Source: Centroscyllium fabricii (Eukaryota). Taken from it: a stretch of DNA of 64,000 nt. The position numbers were made by a program, and so were the translations under genes. Shown here one piece after another: positions 34,176 through 46,059 of this stretch (positions are counted from its first letter, which is position 1; each line of letters opens with the position of its first letter). The DNA is taken from contig JBNRSN020000026.1 in assembly GCA_051313645.2 (NCBI GenBank), positions 48,484,001-48,548,000 on the forward strand. The letters run 5' to 3'. A model generated the notes under the pieces. The model did no database searches. It was given only the letters and a program-made list of their open reading frames with translations, and was not told the origin of the DNA.

Positions 34176-36993
34176 GGGCTAAAAAATTTGGGTGTTTTAC
34201 ACCACCCATTACCGAAAAGAAAATGCAAAAAAACGGTTGCCGTCGCTCTTCTGCCAGCTGGTGGCGGGTCCTGCGGCAGCCTCCATTTTGGGAGGGCCGG
34301 CAGCGCTGCCGATAAAAGCACTGGCCCTGGAAATGTAAATGGGGAGACGGTGGCATCAACTTGGTGAAATTGGACCTTTGCGCTGAGTTCAGCACTGTGT
34401 CCTAAGCTCGCCATGAAAACCGACCATTCAGCAGGCTCACAGAGGCGCTGTCAGCACCTCTTAAAGGGACACACACATCTTTCAGGTAAGGTTTCACTTA
34501 AGCTTTTGGACTGGATTTTTTTAATTTATTGAAGTAGTGGCTTGGTACAGTACATGTTTCAAGTTTTTCTTAAGAATGCAGGGTGTGCAGGGAGTGCTAC
34601 TGGATGCTTGCAAGGCCCCAGATGGTAAAGAAAGGCCTCTGAAAAGACAGAAAATGCTGGAAATACTCAGCAGGTCGGGCAACATCCATGGAGAGAGAAA
34701 CATTGTTCACGTCTGAGGCCGAGGTGCTGTCTGACCTGCTGAGTATTTCCAATATTTGATGCTTTTATTTCAAATTTACAGCATCCGCTCACACAGAGAA
34801 GAGGAAGACACATAAGAGGAAGATGTAGAAGAAAGGATGCAACCCAGACAGGCCCTTTCTGGCCGGGATATCTGGGATGGAATCCTCCACCTGCGATACC
34901 AGTGACCACAAACCCCAATTTCCCTTTCAACATTAGTCCCACACCTTACCTTCCCTCTGTTACTGACCATCACAGTATCCTCTTAGACGATAGGAGCAGG
35001 AGTAGGCCATTCGACCCCTCGAGCCTGCTCCGCCATTCAATGAGATCATGGCTGATCATCCAAACTCAGTATCCTGTCCCTGCTTTCTCCTCATATCCCT
35101 TGATCCCTTTAGTCTTAAGAAATATATCCAACTCCTTCTTGAATATATTTAATGAATTGGCCTCAACTGCCTTCTGTGGTAGAGAATTCCAGGCTCCATT
35201 GTCTTGCTGCCTGTCCTTTCCTGGATCCTTCAATCTGTGTGGGACTGAGTGCCCATCCTAAGGCCTGGTCCCTCTCTGCATTCCTCCAAGTGGGCAGCTG
35301 TCCAGCATGGGTACGAAAATGTGGTGGGAGGTGACGTTGATGTTATTCCCGTTTCATTTAAATAGGATCTGAATGCCTTCACCTGCTCCAGGTTCAAGTA
35401 GTCTGCTTCCCCCAGCGCATGGGAAAACTTGGTAATCCCAGGGCAATGCAGACAGGGTGGATACCCATCGGCTTGGATAGACAACCCTTTCCACTCCGCT
35501 TTGCACCTATGAAATACGTATTTCCCAGGTGCAAAGCCCAGCCGCACGTTATACACCCCGCCCAATTTTTCTATGCAAGGTTGGATGGGGTGTATAACTC
35601 TTGGCCACAATGCTGAAATAAAAGCAAATTTTCCAATACAACTTTATACATCTATCCATCCAATATGACACCAAGAAATTAACTCATTACCCGTATGCAT
35701 TCCCTCAGTGACTGTCTTGTGTGTGCCTTTGCCTATCCTACTGATGTCACGCAGTGCTACCAGCATGGCTGGTGAAAAAGGCTGCTGACTTCCAGTGGGG
35801 GACACTGCAAGTAGCCTTGCTGGTTGACCTTGAGGAGCTGGTGGCTGGGAGTATCAAATCGCGTGACGGTGTTTCTTCTTCTTCTTCACTCTCCCTCTCC
35901 TTGGTCACCCATTGGCTGGACAGGCTGCATGTCGTGGGTGTGTGAAATGAAGGCACAAGGATGGAGTTGTGGTGAGGGGAGGATGGGAAAGGGAGTGGTG
36001 CATGCGAGAAGGAGGATAATGTATGAGGACACCAGCATCTTGTATCCTTTCAGCCTCACTGCTGGCCAAGGGCTCAGCCATGCCCCTGCCAAGAATGACC
36101 AGCACCATCTCCTCCAAGGGGGTGAGGTGAAGCTAGGAATGGGAGATGTGCCTCGGGGTTGGTACAGATTGTTGGTAGATGAGTGATTGGGGGTGGGGGG
36201 AGGCGTGCATTGAGCAGTGTGTGAGACTAGTGATGCAGTTAATGGGAAATGACTTTTGAAGATGCATTCACTGATCCTGACCAGTGCTCTGAGGTCATGA
36301 AGCTTCTTTGGGCACTGGAGCCAGGTGGTGGCGGGTGACATGGCTGGCAGTGATGGCCTCGGCGATGTGGTCCCACATCCTTCTTTCTGGAGGACCTCCT
36401 GGGCCCTGCGGGTAGAGGCCCTCTCTTGCGGTGTTGACCACCTGCACAAAGCTGGAGTGCGGCATGTGAGACCCTGGGTGCCCCTTCGTGGCTTGCTGAG
36501 CCATTTGAGTTAGTGCTGAAGCACTTTGCCCATTTGTTTAAGTGCAGATGGCAATTTAGCTTTAAGAGCTGAAGATTCCCATTTGGGAATTATTTTCCAT
36601 TTTTTTTTCAGGAGACAGATGAGCTGTAAGGACTGAAAACGGCATATTTTTACATTATCATTTTTATTTTTATCATTTCAGAAGGCATTGCCCTTTTAAG
36701 AAAAAACAACAATGCATTGCCCTTTTAATATCCCATAATGCTTTGCGACATTACAGCCCCACTTTCAGAGGCTGTTGGAAGCTATAACGCTCCTTGTGGA
36801 CACCACAGTGGTGCCTGATGCTGGGACAAACGCCACCAGGAAGGCGTTACACGGTGAGTTTAGCGCTGGGCTGATAATCGTTAGTACCCAGCACCAATTT
36901 TTTAGTTCTAACGGTGCCACCATTTTTGGTGTCCGTTAACACGCGGTCGCGGTGGGACCGGCAGCTTTCGTGTCGCACTTGAATTTTTAGGCC
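34176..36993 (+). mobile_element. Internally deleted Harbinger with Myb/SANT gene remnant
   Basis: TIR GGGCTAAAAAATT / AATTTTTAGGCC, flanks AGC/AGT. Minus-strand peptides WDHIAEAITA and TWLQCPKKLHDL at ~36275-36504. Confidence 0.7.
34643..34772. repeat. Penelope-derived inverted repeat
   Basis: GGAAATACTCAGCAGGTCGGGCAACA … TGCTGTCTGACCTGCTGAGTATTTCC, homologous to 9971-10101. Confidence 0.65.
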
Positions 36994-37139
36994 AGTGACT
37001 TCCGACAAAATGTAACAATGGAAAAAGAAACACATTCTCAATTTAGATTTTGTGAACTAAAATTTGAGCATTATGCATTTTCATAAGCGTGGTTATTTTT
37101 TTCAAATTTCCATTGGCAGAATTTTGCCTTAAGTCCATC

Positions 37140-38330
37140 GTTGTTAAATTCGGCTCCATAGCGCCCAGTTTTCCGCCACTACAGGTGTCGATGCGGAGCC
37201 AAAATAGTATCCGGGGAGCGTGCGTACACATCTGGTGCTGGCCTCACCAGAGGCCATTCGGGGTAGGTAGTTAGCGCGGGCACTCGGAACCTGCGCTGTA
37301 AGTATGCACAGTATGCAGATCGTGACGTCAATCAGCGTATAACACTGATTTGATGCCAGCACTGCCAATTTCGACCTCAACGCTATAGCAACGCCCTCTC
37401 TTAACCTCACACAGCTGAACACACATTCAGCAGCAGGAAGGACCCCCCCACTATCATTTTTTATAGGGATCATCAATTGCTTTCAGGCTATTTGCTGATT
37501 GATTTCAACTGGCTGTTGATGAGTTTGTGCAAGCGTTTTGTTATCTTATATCTTATATCTTATATGAAGTTGCTGAAATCTCCAGAGAGTGGTGTGACAG
37601 GTTACTTCAAGGCTTCTGCTCAGACCAATTGCTCCCAGACATGGGTACAATAGTTTGTATCCACCTTGTCCTGCAAGAGAGAGGTAAGTAGGTGAGTGAC
37701 AGGCGGGATGGTGAATTGAGCAGTGTCTGAGCCTAGTGGTTCACTTGTAAGGATATGGCATTTGAAGATAAAGTCACTGACCACGACCACTCATGTGAGA
37801 TCATTAAACTTCTTGTGGCACTGCATCCAGGTCCTCGAGACTACACTGCTGGCTTTGATCGCGACGGCTATCTGCTCCCATTGCCTTCTCACACTTTGTC
37901 TGGATGGCTTTCTGAAGTCTGGTGGATACAGAACATCTCTCCTCCTGTCCACCTCCTGCACCAAGGCCTTGTGTTCTGCATCAGACAAACTGGAAGCTCT
38001 CTCTCTGCCATGTTTCACCATCTTCACTCTTCCTGTAGGTCACATACACCTCTAACAATAACTTCCAGTCCCTGCTGCAGCCAGAATACACCTCCACTTT
38101 CAGAAGTGCAGGCTAGCTTTAATTGGTGTGAGCCTCACATGAACTTGGACCTCCTGCTGAGGCATGCAGCCATTCAGCAGTGCATTCAGCGCTGGGTTGC
38201 ACATCACAATCATTATAATTACAAGGCAGTGTGAAGTTTATGTGCTGCCTGCACTACCTTTAATGGGTGCGGGTTGAATGCTCATCGCAATCCCCATGCC
38301 TGTTTTTGGGGGCAATCAAAATTTTAGCCC
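37140..38330 (+). mobile_element. Deleted Harbinger with Myb/SANT first-exon remnant on the minus strand (~37770-38020)
   Basis: LSDAEHKALVQEVDRRRDVLY…WEQIA…RTWMQCHKKFNDL; end AATTTTAGCCCC. Confidence 0.7.
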
Positions 38331-38861
38331 CATGTGTTTCATAACCCTATCCTTTTTAGGAGACATGGTGGAGCCAGGTGCAGGGGTTTAACAGCACACA
38401 GAGGCAGAGGGTCATCTCAATCCCAAGATGCTGGCCTAGAAATTCGGGGGTATAGCGCCGGCCGTTAAGGCCCATTTTGATGAAGAAATGCGGCCGACAC
38501 GCTTCCACCCACTTCCGCCGCCATTTTCAGCAGGATGGCAGTGCTGCCGTTGCCAGCGCTCGCTATTAAAATGGCAATGAGGCAGATCATGACGTCAATG
38601 AGTGTGCAATGCTCATTTGACGCACGACCCGCCATTTTCAATTTTGCCGCTCAAATTACTGCCCTCCCTTAGTCACGACCAGCTGACCAAGCATTCAGCA
38701 GCAGGAAGGAACCTCGAGCAGCGTTATTTAAAGTGATTATCAACAACTTGCAGCTGACATGCTTTTTCAGTTTGACTGGCTCTGTGGTACTTTTTGTAAA
38801 TCTTGCAGCTTTCTAAACTTGTTTCAAGTTCCTGAGGTAAAAAAGGGAGTGTAGCTGCATT

Positions 38862-39332
38862 AGGGGGAGGTGGTGGCCTGGTGGTTATGTCACTAGACTA
38901 GTAAGCCAGAGGCACAGTCAAATGTTCTGAGGATATGGGTTCAAATCCCACCACAACAACTGGTGGAATTTAAATTCAATTCAATTTAATTCTGGAATTA
39001 AATGTTAGTCCTAATAATGGCAACCATGATATCATTGTCGATTGTTGCAAAAACCCATCTGGTTCACTAATATCCTTTAGGGAAGGAAATCTGCCGTCCT
39101 TACCTGGTCTGGCCTACTTGTGACTTCAGATCCACAGCAATGTGGTTGACTCTTAATGCCCTCTGAAATGGCCCAGCAAGCCACTCAGTTGTAAACAACC
39201 ACTACGAAAAACAGTAAGACTGCAGCGGTTCAAGAAGGTGGCTCAACACCATCTTCTCAAGGGCAATTAGGGATGGGCACTAAATGCAGGCCAAGCCAGC
39301 GATGCCCACATCCCATCAATGAATAAAAAAAA
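38862..39332 (+). mobile_element. tRNA-derived SINE carrying the LINE family B tail
   Basis: A box TGGCCTGGTGG and B box GGTTCAAATCC. The last ~110 bp match the LINE B 3' end (GACTGCAGCGGTTCAAGAAGG…GGGCAATTAGGGATGGGCA). Confidence 0.8.
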
Positions 39333-39383
39333 GTGGAGAACACCTTGATTCGCATTTAAAGGCTCACACCACTTGGCCACAAT

Positions 39384-40530
39384 CATGGGGTCTCTACCCA
39401 CAGTCCCCCTCGTGCTCGAGTATCTTTGGGAGACGGAGCAGAGGCAGCGATGAAGAGGAGATGATGCTCACAGAGAGAGGAGCTTGATGGGCAGGAGAGC
39501 TCTCAACAGGAGGTCTTCCGAATGGACTTCTCCTACCTCCAATTAAGCGAGGAGCAGTGTATTAGGAGGTTCCACTTCACCAAGGAGGTGGTCACAGAAC
39601 TCTGCCAGCTCCTACAACCAGACCTGCAGTCTCAGAGCAGGGCGACCACTACTCTCCGAGTAGTCCTCAAGGTCACCGTGGCCCTCAATTTCTTCGCCAG
39701 GGGATCCTTCCAGTGTTCAGCAGGAGGCATAGCTTACATCTCCCAGTTTGCCATCCATCGCTGCATCTGTGAGGTGACAGAGGCTCTCTACTCCAGGAGA
39801 AGTGACGACATTGTCTTCTTTCTGAACAGGGAGAAGCAGGACGAGCGCACACGTGGTTTTGCCAGGATAGCAGGCTTCCCCATGGTGCAGGGTGCCATCG
39901 ACTGAACACACTTGGCTTTGCAAGCACTGTATACCAATCTTTAGATGATCCGTAACTGAAAATGCTGCCACTCACTGAATGTGCAGTTGTTGTGCGACCA
40001 CGCCCAGCACATTATGAGGGAGAATGCCCGCTATCCTGGCAGCAATCATGATGCCTTCATCCTGCACCAGTCTAGTGTGCCAGCAATCTTCCAGCCACCA
40101 CGTCAAACCCGAGGGAAGTTGCTCGGAGACAAGGGCTATCCGCTCTGCACCTGGCTAATGACTCCCCTCCGCAACCTTACCACTAGTGCCCAGCACTCAT
40201 ATAATGACAGCCATGCTGTCATCAGGGACAGCATTGAGCAGACCATCAGGGTGCTCAAGCAATGGTTAACTGCCTTGACCGCACGGGAGGAGCCCTCCAG
40301 TATTCACCAGAGTGGGTGTCCCATTTCCTGGTGGCCTTCAGCATGCTCCACAAATTAGCCACCATGAATGCACAGCCCTTGCCACCAGGGGTTGCAGGAC
40401 CACCGCAGGATGAGGAGGAAGAGAAAGGAAGATGAGGATGAAGAGGGCGAGGAAGGGAGGAGGCAGGCAGCACATCCCAATTCTGGATGAGCTGTCCGTG
40501 ATCGCCTCATCAGACTCCAATTCCAGTGAA
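39384..40530 (+). pseudogene. Harbinger (HARBI1-like) DDE transposase pseudogene
   Basis: KVTVALNFFARGSFQ, GFPMVQGAID*TH, NVQLLCD, YPGSNHDAFIL and LLGDKGYPL..WLMTPL, with stops and frameshifts. Confidence 0.9.
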
Positions 40531-40693
40531 TGAAATCCCAGATCCCCGTTGCTCACCCCTTCCCCATCTTACCATCCCTCTGTCAGGGAACATTACAGCA
40601 TGCTCCTGGGCACAAAGCTAAAATGCGAGCCACCACAAAACACACATTCCAAACAAAAATCGTAAATTATTTGAATGCAATCAAAATGACAAT

Positions 40694-41454
40694 GGCCCAG
40701 AAATTCCAGTCAGCGCATATCTGGTTTAAGCTCTGCGAGCGCACCAGAGCTTACACCCGCAGGAAGCAGCCGGAGCGCACGCTTCGGGTTTTCCTGTGCC
40801 GCCCAGCGGGGGGGTCGCTGCTTCCTGCGAGGTCCACCGCAGGAAGCAGCGAACTACAGGATCACCCAGTCTTTCCGATTTAAAAAAAAAGTTTTTCTAC
40901 GGACCAAGAGCAGAAAATTCAACGCTGGAAGAAAGCAGTCGTAAACACACGTTTTTATCTGGTAAGTGTGTATTTTATTGATTTTAATTGTTATTTTTTC
41001 AGGTTTTTAATTGTTGATAACTTTAAAGACAGGTAAGTATTTTTTTAGACCTGTTGGAAGTAGAAAAAAATTTCTGCAAATTTTTATTTTTTATTTTAAA
41101 TAGGTTATTTGTGTTAGTTGGGGTAATGTTTAAAAAATGTGGTGTTTGTAAAATTTAATTTTTGTGTTTAGATGTCTTTTGGGAATCTCTCCATTCAAAA
41201 CTCGCACAGATTTCTCTGTGGAAGTTTTGAACGGAGAATTGCTTCCACTGATTGGCTCGCTGCCAATCACGTGGTCTCAAAAGCCACTTCGCACTAATTA
41301 CGCCCTTCAGATGCTCATGAAACTCGCATGGAGCTCTGATAGGCTGGGCTAACGGGAATTTCTCAGTGCAAAACAGCAAAACTGAATATGGGCAATTAAA
41401 GTGCGTTAAGCAGGTACTGCACCTGCACGAAGGCTCCACTGCAATTTCTGGGCC
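40694..41454 (+). mobile_element. Harbinger-type MITE
   Basis: TIR GGCCCAGAAATT / AATTTCTGGGCC and TSD AAT. Confidence 0.85.
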
Positions 41455-42056
41455 AATATCAACGAATCACCTTTCTGCATTCCCTTAGTGTCTGTCATTT
41501 GTGTGCCTTTACCTAGTTTAATGCTTCTACGCCGAGGTCCCCCAGTGGCTGCAGCATGGCTCGTGGAAGGTGCTGACTTTCAGTAGGGGAGACTACAGAT
41601 GGCCGTGCACGACAAGTCCGACCAGCTATGGACCTAGAAGGCCCGGCTGTAGACTGCACCACCTTGGCATGGGCAGCATCAGTCTGAGCTGGTGGGCTGA
41701 CAGGCAGCAGCAAAGGCACTGGCGGAGTGGCAGTGGCGGGAGTAAGAATGCTGCCATTCTAATAGAGGACAGCGGGTTCTTGTTCCACAGACCCATTGCC
41801 ACTCCCCCAGGGCGGTGCCTCAGCATACCTAGCAATCTGTTGGCAGAGAGATTGCTGGCCAGCTGCGACACCCTGTGAGCCCTTTTCAACACTCATAAAC
41901 CCAGTGAAGATAGCAGCAGTCTGAGCTTGTGTGAGCCTGCAGGAGAGCAGTATGCACTTCCACTGCAGCGCTAAGACGTCAGGTCACTTCCGCCAGTGCT
42001 GCAATGGAAGCCTCAACATCACCCATCACATACAGCATCATGGCTGGGACCACAAG

Positions 42057-42937
42057 GGGCAGGATTTTCCTCGGGCCGTGAGGCAGGTTTCCGGGCAGGA
42101 CTGCAGTAAAAATAACAGAAATGGGGGTCCGCGACCCCTCCCGCCGCCTTCCCGCCCGCTTAGCAATTTCACCCAGCGGGTCCAGTCGGCCCTCCTCAGT
42201 CCCGCCTGGCATCGGCGGGGATGCTCATTGGACTCATTAGGGGCCCTTAATTGCCATCGGTAATGCCATTTTAAGGGCCCCTTGCTACTTTGACCCTCTT
42301 CCCACCCAGAACTCGCCTGGTGGGAACACCGCCGTTGAAAGCTGGCGGGCACCCAATCGGCTGGGTGACTGCCACCTTCAAGGCATGGGAAACAGCAGCC
42401 ACACAGCGGCTTGCTAGCCTCCATCAGGCTGGAAGTGTAACTGGCAATCAAGGGTGCCAAATTTCAGTGCCCAAAGAGCTTAAAATCACTTAACTGACAG
42501 CTGCGACCAACTCACTCACAGACAATGTGCTGTGTCTGTGAAGCAAAGTGTCAATCACCCAGTGGATCAGTTTCTGTTTACATTCCACTGAAACCAAAAA
42601 CAAACAGAGACAGCCTACTTAAAGCTGTCACTCTTAGATTTGTGGTTTCATCTGTTGACATAGCATTATGACATCATAATGCCCTGAAAGCACAGAAAGA
42701 GAAACACCAAGCCTATCAGTACAGCTGCCAATCATTGGCTCTGCTGCAGACACAGGTCAAAACCCATCCAGTTTCCAGGCAAAATCCCTCAATTGCTAAG
42801 ATCTTCCCACACTCTGGGAATTAATTGGCCAATTAAGCCAAAATTGCATGGGGATTCCACACCCTTCAAAAAGCAGGAAGATAGAGTGATCAGTGGGGAT
42901 CCCACCCATTTTCCACACCTTCAGGAAAATCCTACCC
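42057..42937. mobile_element. Harbinger-type MITE with a distinct internal cassette
   Basis: TIR GGGCAGGATTTTCCT / AGGAAAATCCTACCC and TSD AAG; the flanking Myb-like sequence appears to resume across it. Confidence 0.75.
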
Positions 42938-43480
42938 AAGGTCTCTGCTGGAGTTGTTCATCATTTTCATCCTGGAAATCATCGGCTCCAAGCTCTGCAC
43001 AAAGGCCCATCTAATGTTGGAGCCGGACTCCTCCAGGCTCCTTCACACTGACAAGAGGTTCTCTGGCAGGCTGGCCATTGCACCTAGCATTTCCATGTGC
43101 ATGCCCATCACCCTTCTTCTGAAGGCCGCCCCATCGAGGTCATCATCTGAGTCCTGTGCAGCAGAACTTGTGTGCGAACTCGCCCTTCGGGGAGTTGGCA
43201 CCCGAGCTACCCTTTCTCCCTGGCCTGGCTGCAGCCCACTCATGCCTGGTGCCTCACCACATGCAGATCCTGCCTCCAAACTATCATCTATATTCCACGC
43301 AGTCCCATTTTCTGAGCTGGTGGCTGCAAGTGGCAAATACACTTCCAGTGTCTCTTCTTCTTCTTCTTGTTCGTCTCCTCCTTCACTTTGGTCAACATGA
43401 GGGACAGGCTGGCCTGCTGGCAGTTCTTGAGTGTCTGAAAGAAGAGAGGCACAGGAGTTGGGTTGTGCTGAGGGGAGGGG

Positions 43481-44205
43481 AATAGAAACATAGAAACATA
43501 GAAGATAGGAGCAGGAGTAGACCATTCGGCCCCTTGAGCCTGCTCCGCCATTCAATGAGATCATGGATGATCATCCAAATTCAATATGGACGACATGGTG
43601 GCACAGTGGTTAGCACTGCTGCCTCGCAATAAGGAGCTCCTGGGTTCGAATCCTGCTTGGCCCGGGACCTCTCTGCGTGGAGTTTGCATGTTCTCCCCGT
43701 GTTCGTGTGGGTTTCCTCCGGGTACTCCGGGTTTCCTCCCACCCCTCAAAGACATGCAGGTTAGGTAAAAATTGCCCATGAGTATATGTGTGTGTGTGAG
43801 ATATAGTTCTTAGAGTTGGGGGTGTCGGGGGATATGGGGAGAGGGTAGGAGGGGGGTGCTGGGTTTGGATGATCAGCCATGATCTCAGCAAAATGGCGGA
43901 GCAGGCTCAAAGGGCCGAATGGCCGACTCCTGCTCCTATCTTCTGTGTTTCTGAGTACCCTGTCCCTGCTTTCTCCCCATATCCCTTGCTCCCTTTAGCC
44001 TTAAGAAATATATCTAACTCCTTCTTGAATGATTTAATGAATTGGCCTCAACTGCCTTCTGTGGTAGAGAATTCCACAGGTTCACCACTCTCTGGATGAA
44101 GAATATCCTCCTCACCTCTGTCCTAAATGGCTCACCCCTTATCCTTAGACTGTGACCCCTGGTTCTGGGCTCCCCCACCATTGGGAACATCCTTCCAGCA
44201 TCTAG
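43481..44205. mobile_element. CR1 3' end (-) with an inserted variant V-type SINE (+, ~43587-43950)
   Basis: CR1 tail and C-terminal peptide; SINE A/B boxes TGGCACAGTGG / GGTTCGAATCC and V-domain. Confidence 0.8.
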
Positions 44206-44384
44206 TATGGGGTGGAAAGCAAGATATCCATGCATACACCATCAGCAGCTTGTAAGTGAGAAGAGATCGTGGGATGAGGGGCAAGCGGGATGTGAAAAGG
44301 AGGATCAGGTATGACCAGACCGTTATTATCAGCAATGGCTTGAACTTCTCCGGTGGCCACAGACTCCATCAGCACCACACCCTC

Positions 44385-45485
44385 CAATAATGTAACATAT
44401 CAAAGTTTGCAGATGATACTAAGATGGGAGGGAAAGTGGTGAATGAGGAGGACATAAAGAACCTGCAGGGGGACATAGACAGGCTAAGTCAGTGGGCAGA
44501 GATTTGGCAGATGGAGTACAATACTGGAAAGTGTGAGGTGATGCATTTTGGCAGGAAAAATCGTAGCGCGGATTATTATCTTAATGGCAAGAAACTGGAA
44601 AGTACTGTAGTACAAAGGGATCTGGGGGTCCAGGTGCACGAAACTCAAGAGGTTAGTATGCAGGTGCAGCAAGTAATTAAGACAGCCAATGGAATGTTGG
44701 CTTTCATTGCTAGGGGGATAGAATATAAAAATAGGGAGGTATTGCTTCAGTTGTACAATGTATTGGTGAGACCGCACCTGGAATACTGCATACAGTTTTG
44801 GTGTCCATACTTAAGAAAGGACATACTCGCTCTCGAGTCAGTACAAAGAAGGTTCACTCGGTTAATCCCAGGGATGAGGGGTTGGACATATGAGGAGAGG
44901 TTGAGTAGATTGGGACTCTACTCATTGGAGTTCAGAAGAATGAGGGGTGATCTTATTGAAACATATAAGATTGTGAAGGAGTTGGATCGGGTGTATGCGG
45001 GGAAGATGTTCTCAATGATGGGTGAAAAAAGAACTAGGGGGCAAAAACTTAGAATAAGGGGCTGCTCTTTCAAAACCGAGATGAGGAGAAAATACTTCAC
45101 TCAGAGGGTAGTAGGTCCATGAAACATGCTGCCCCAAAAAGCTGTAGAAGCTACATCATTACATAAATTTTAAACAGAAATAGACAGTTTCCTAGTAGTA
45201 AAAGGGATTAAACGTTACGGGGAGCGGGCAGGAATTTTGACATGAGTCTAGGTTCAGATCGGTCATGGCCCTGTGGGTAGTGGAGCGGGCCCAGCGACTG
45301 TGTAGCCTGATCCTGCTCCTATTTTGTGTGTCGAATTCTGTTAGATGCAGGAGATGCTTCTGTGATAGTTGTTAGGATCAGATCAGCCATGATCTTATTG
45401 AATGGCGGGGCGGGCTCAAAGGGCCGATTGGCCTACTCCTGCTCCTATTTCTTATGTTCTTATGTTCTTATGTTCTTATGTTCTT
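44385..45485 (+). mobile_element. CR1 LINE 3' fragment with duplicated tail
   Basis: KFADDTK…RPHLEYC ORF 44424-45122; two successive tail stem-loops; (TTCTTATG)n. Confidence 0.9.
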
Positions 45486-46059
45486 AATGCCCTCCAGGTC
45501 AGTGAGATTTTATATTGCGGCTTGGCGGCCTCCCATCTGCCGTTGCTCCCTCCTGTTATGTGCCACTTATGCCTGTGAAAGAAAGGAAAGTGTGTCAGTG
45601 AGTCTAGTGCAATGTGTTTGGGTGATGTGCCTGCCATAGTTGAATAGCTGTCAGTGTGTGCAAGGTGCGAGATGTGGTTTTGTGTGTTGCAACAGTGGTA
45701 AGATTGTGAGGGTGAAGTGAAGCCATGATGTTGATTGGTGGAGATTGCTGGTAGGTGAGTGATGAGGGTGTATACATTGAACATTGTCTGAGGCTTGTGG
45801 TGCAGATGGTGGGGTATGGAATCTGCTGAAGCCTTCACTCACCTTGGCCTGCTGTGTGAGGTCATTAAACTTCTTTTGGCATAGGATCCAGGTCCTTGGA
45901 ATCATACTGGTGGCAGTGACAGAGTCAGCTATCTCCTCCCACAGCCTTCTGCAAATGGCCATTGTAAGACGTTTAGATTCACCCTTGTCCTCCAACCCAT
46001 CAAACGATTTCCAAAATCCAGACCCATCGGACAGATATCACAAAACCCAATGAATCTGT

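Noticed and set aside
39384-40530. Domesticated HARBI1 gene
   Set aside because: Stops and frameshifts, lies within TIRs, and related fragments recur in the window.
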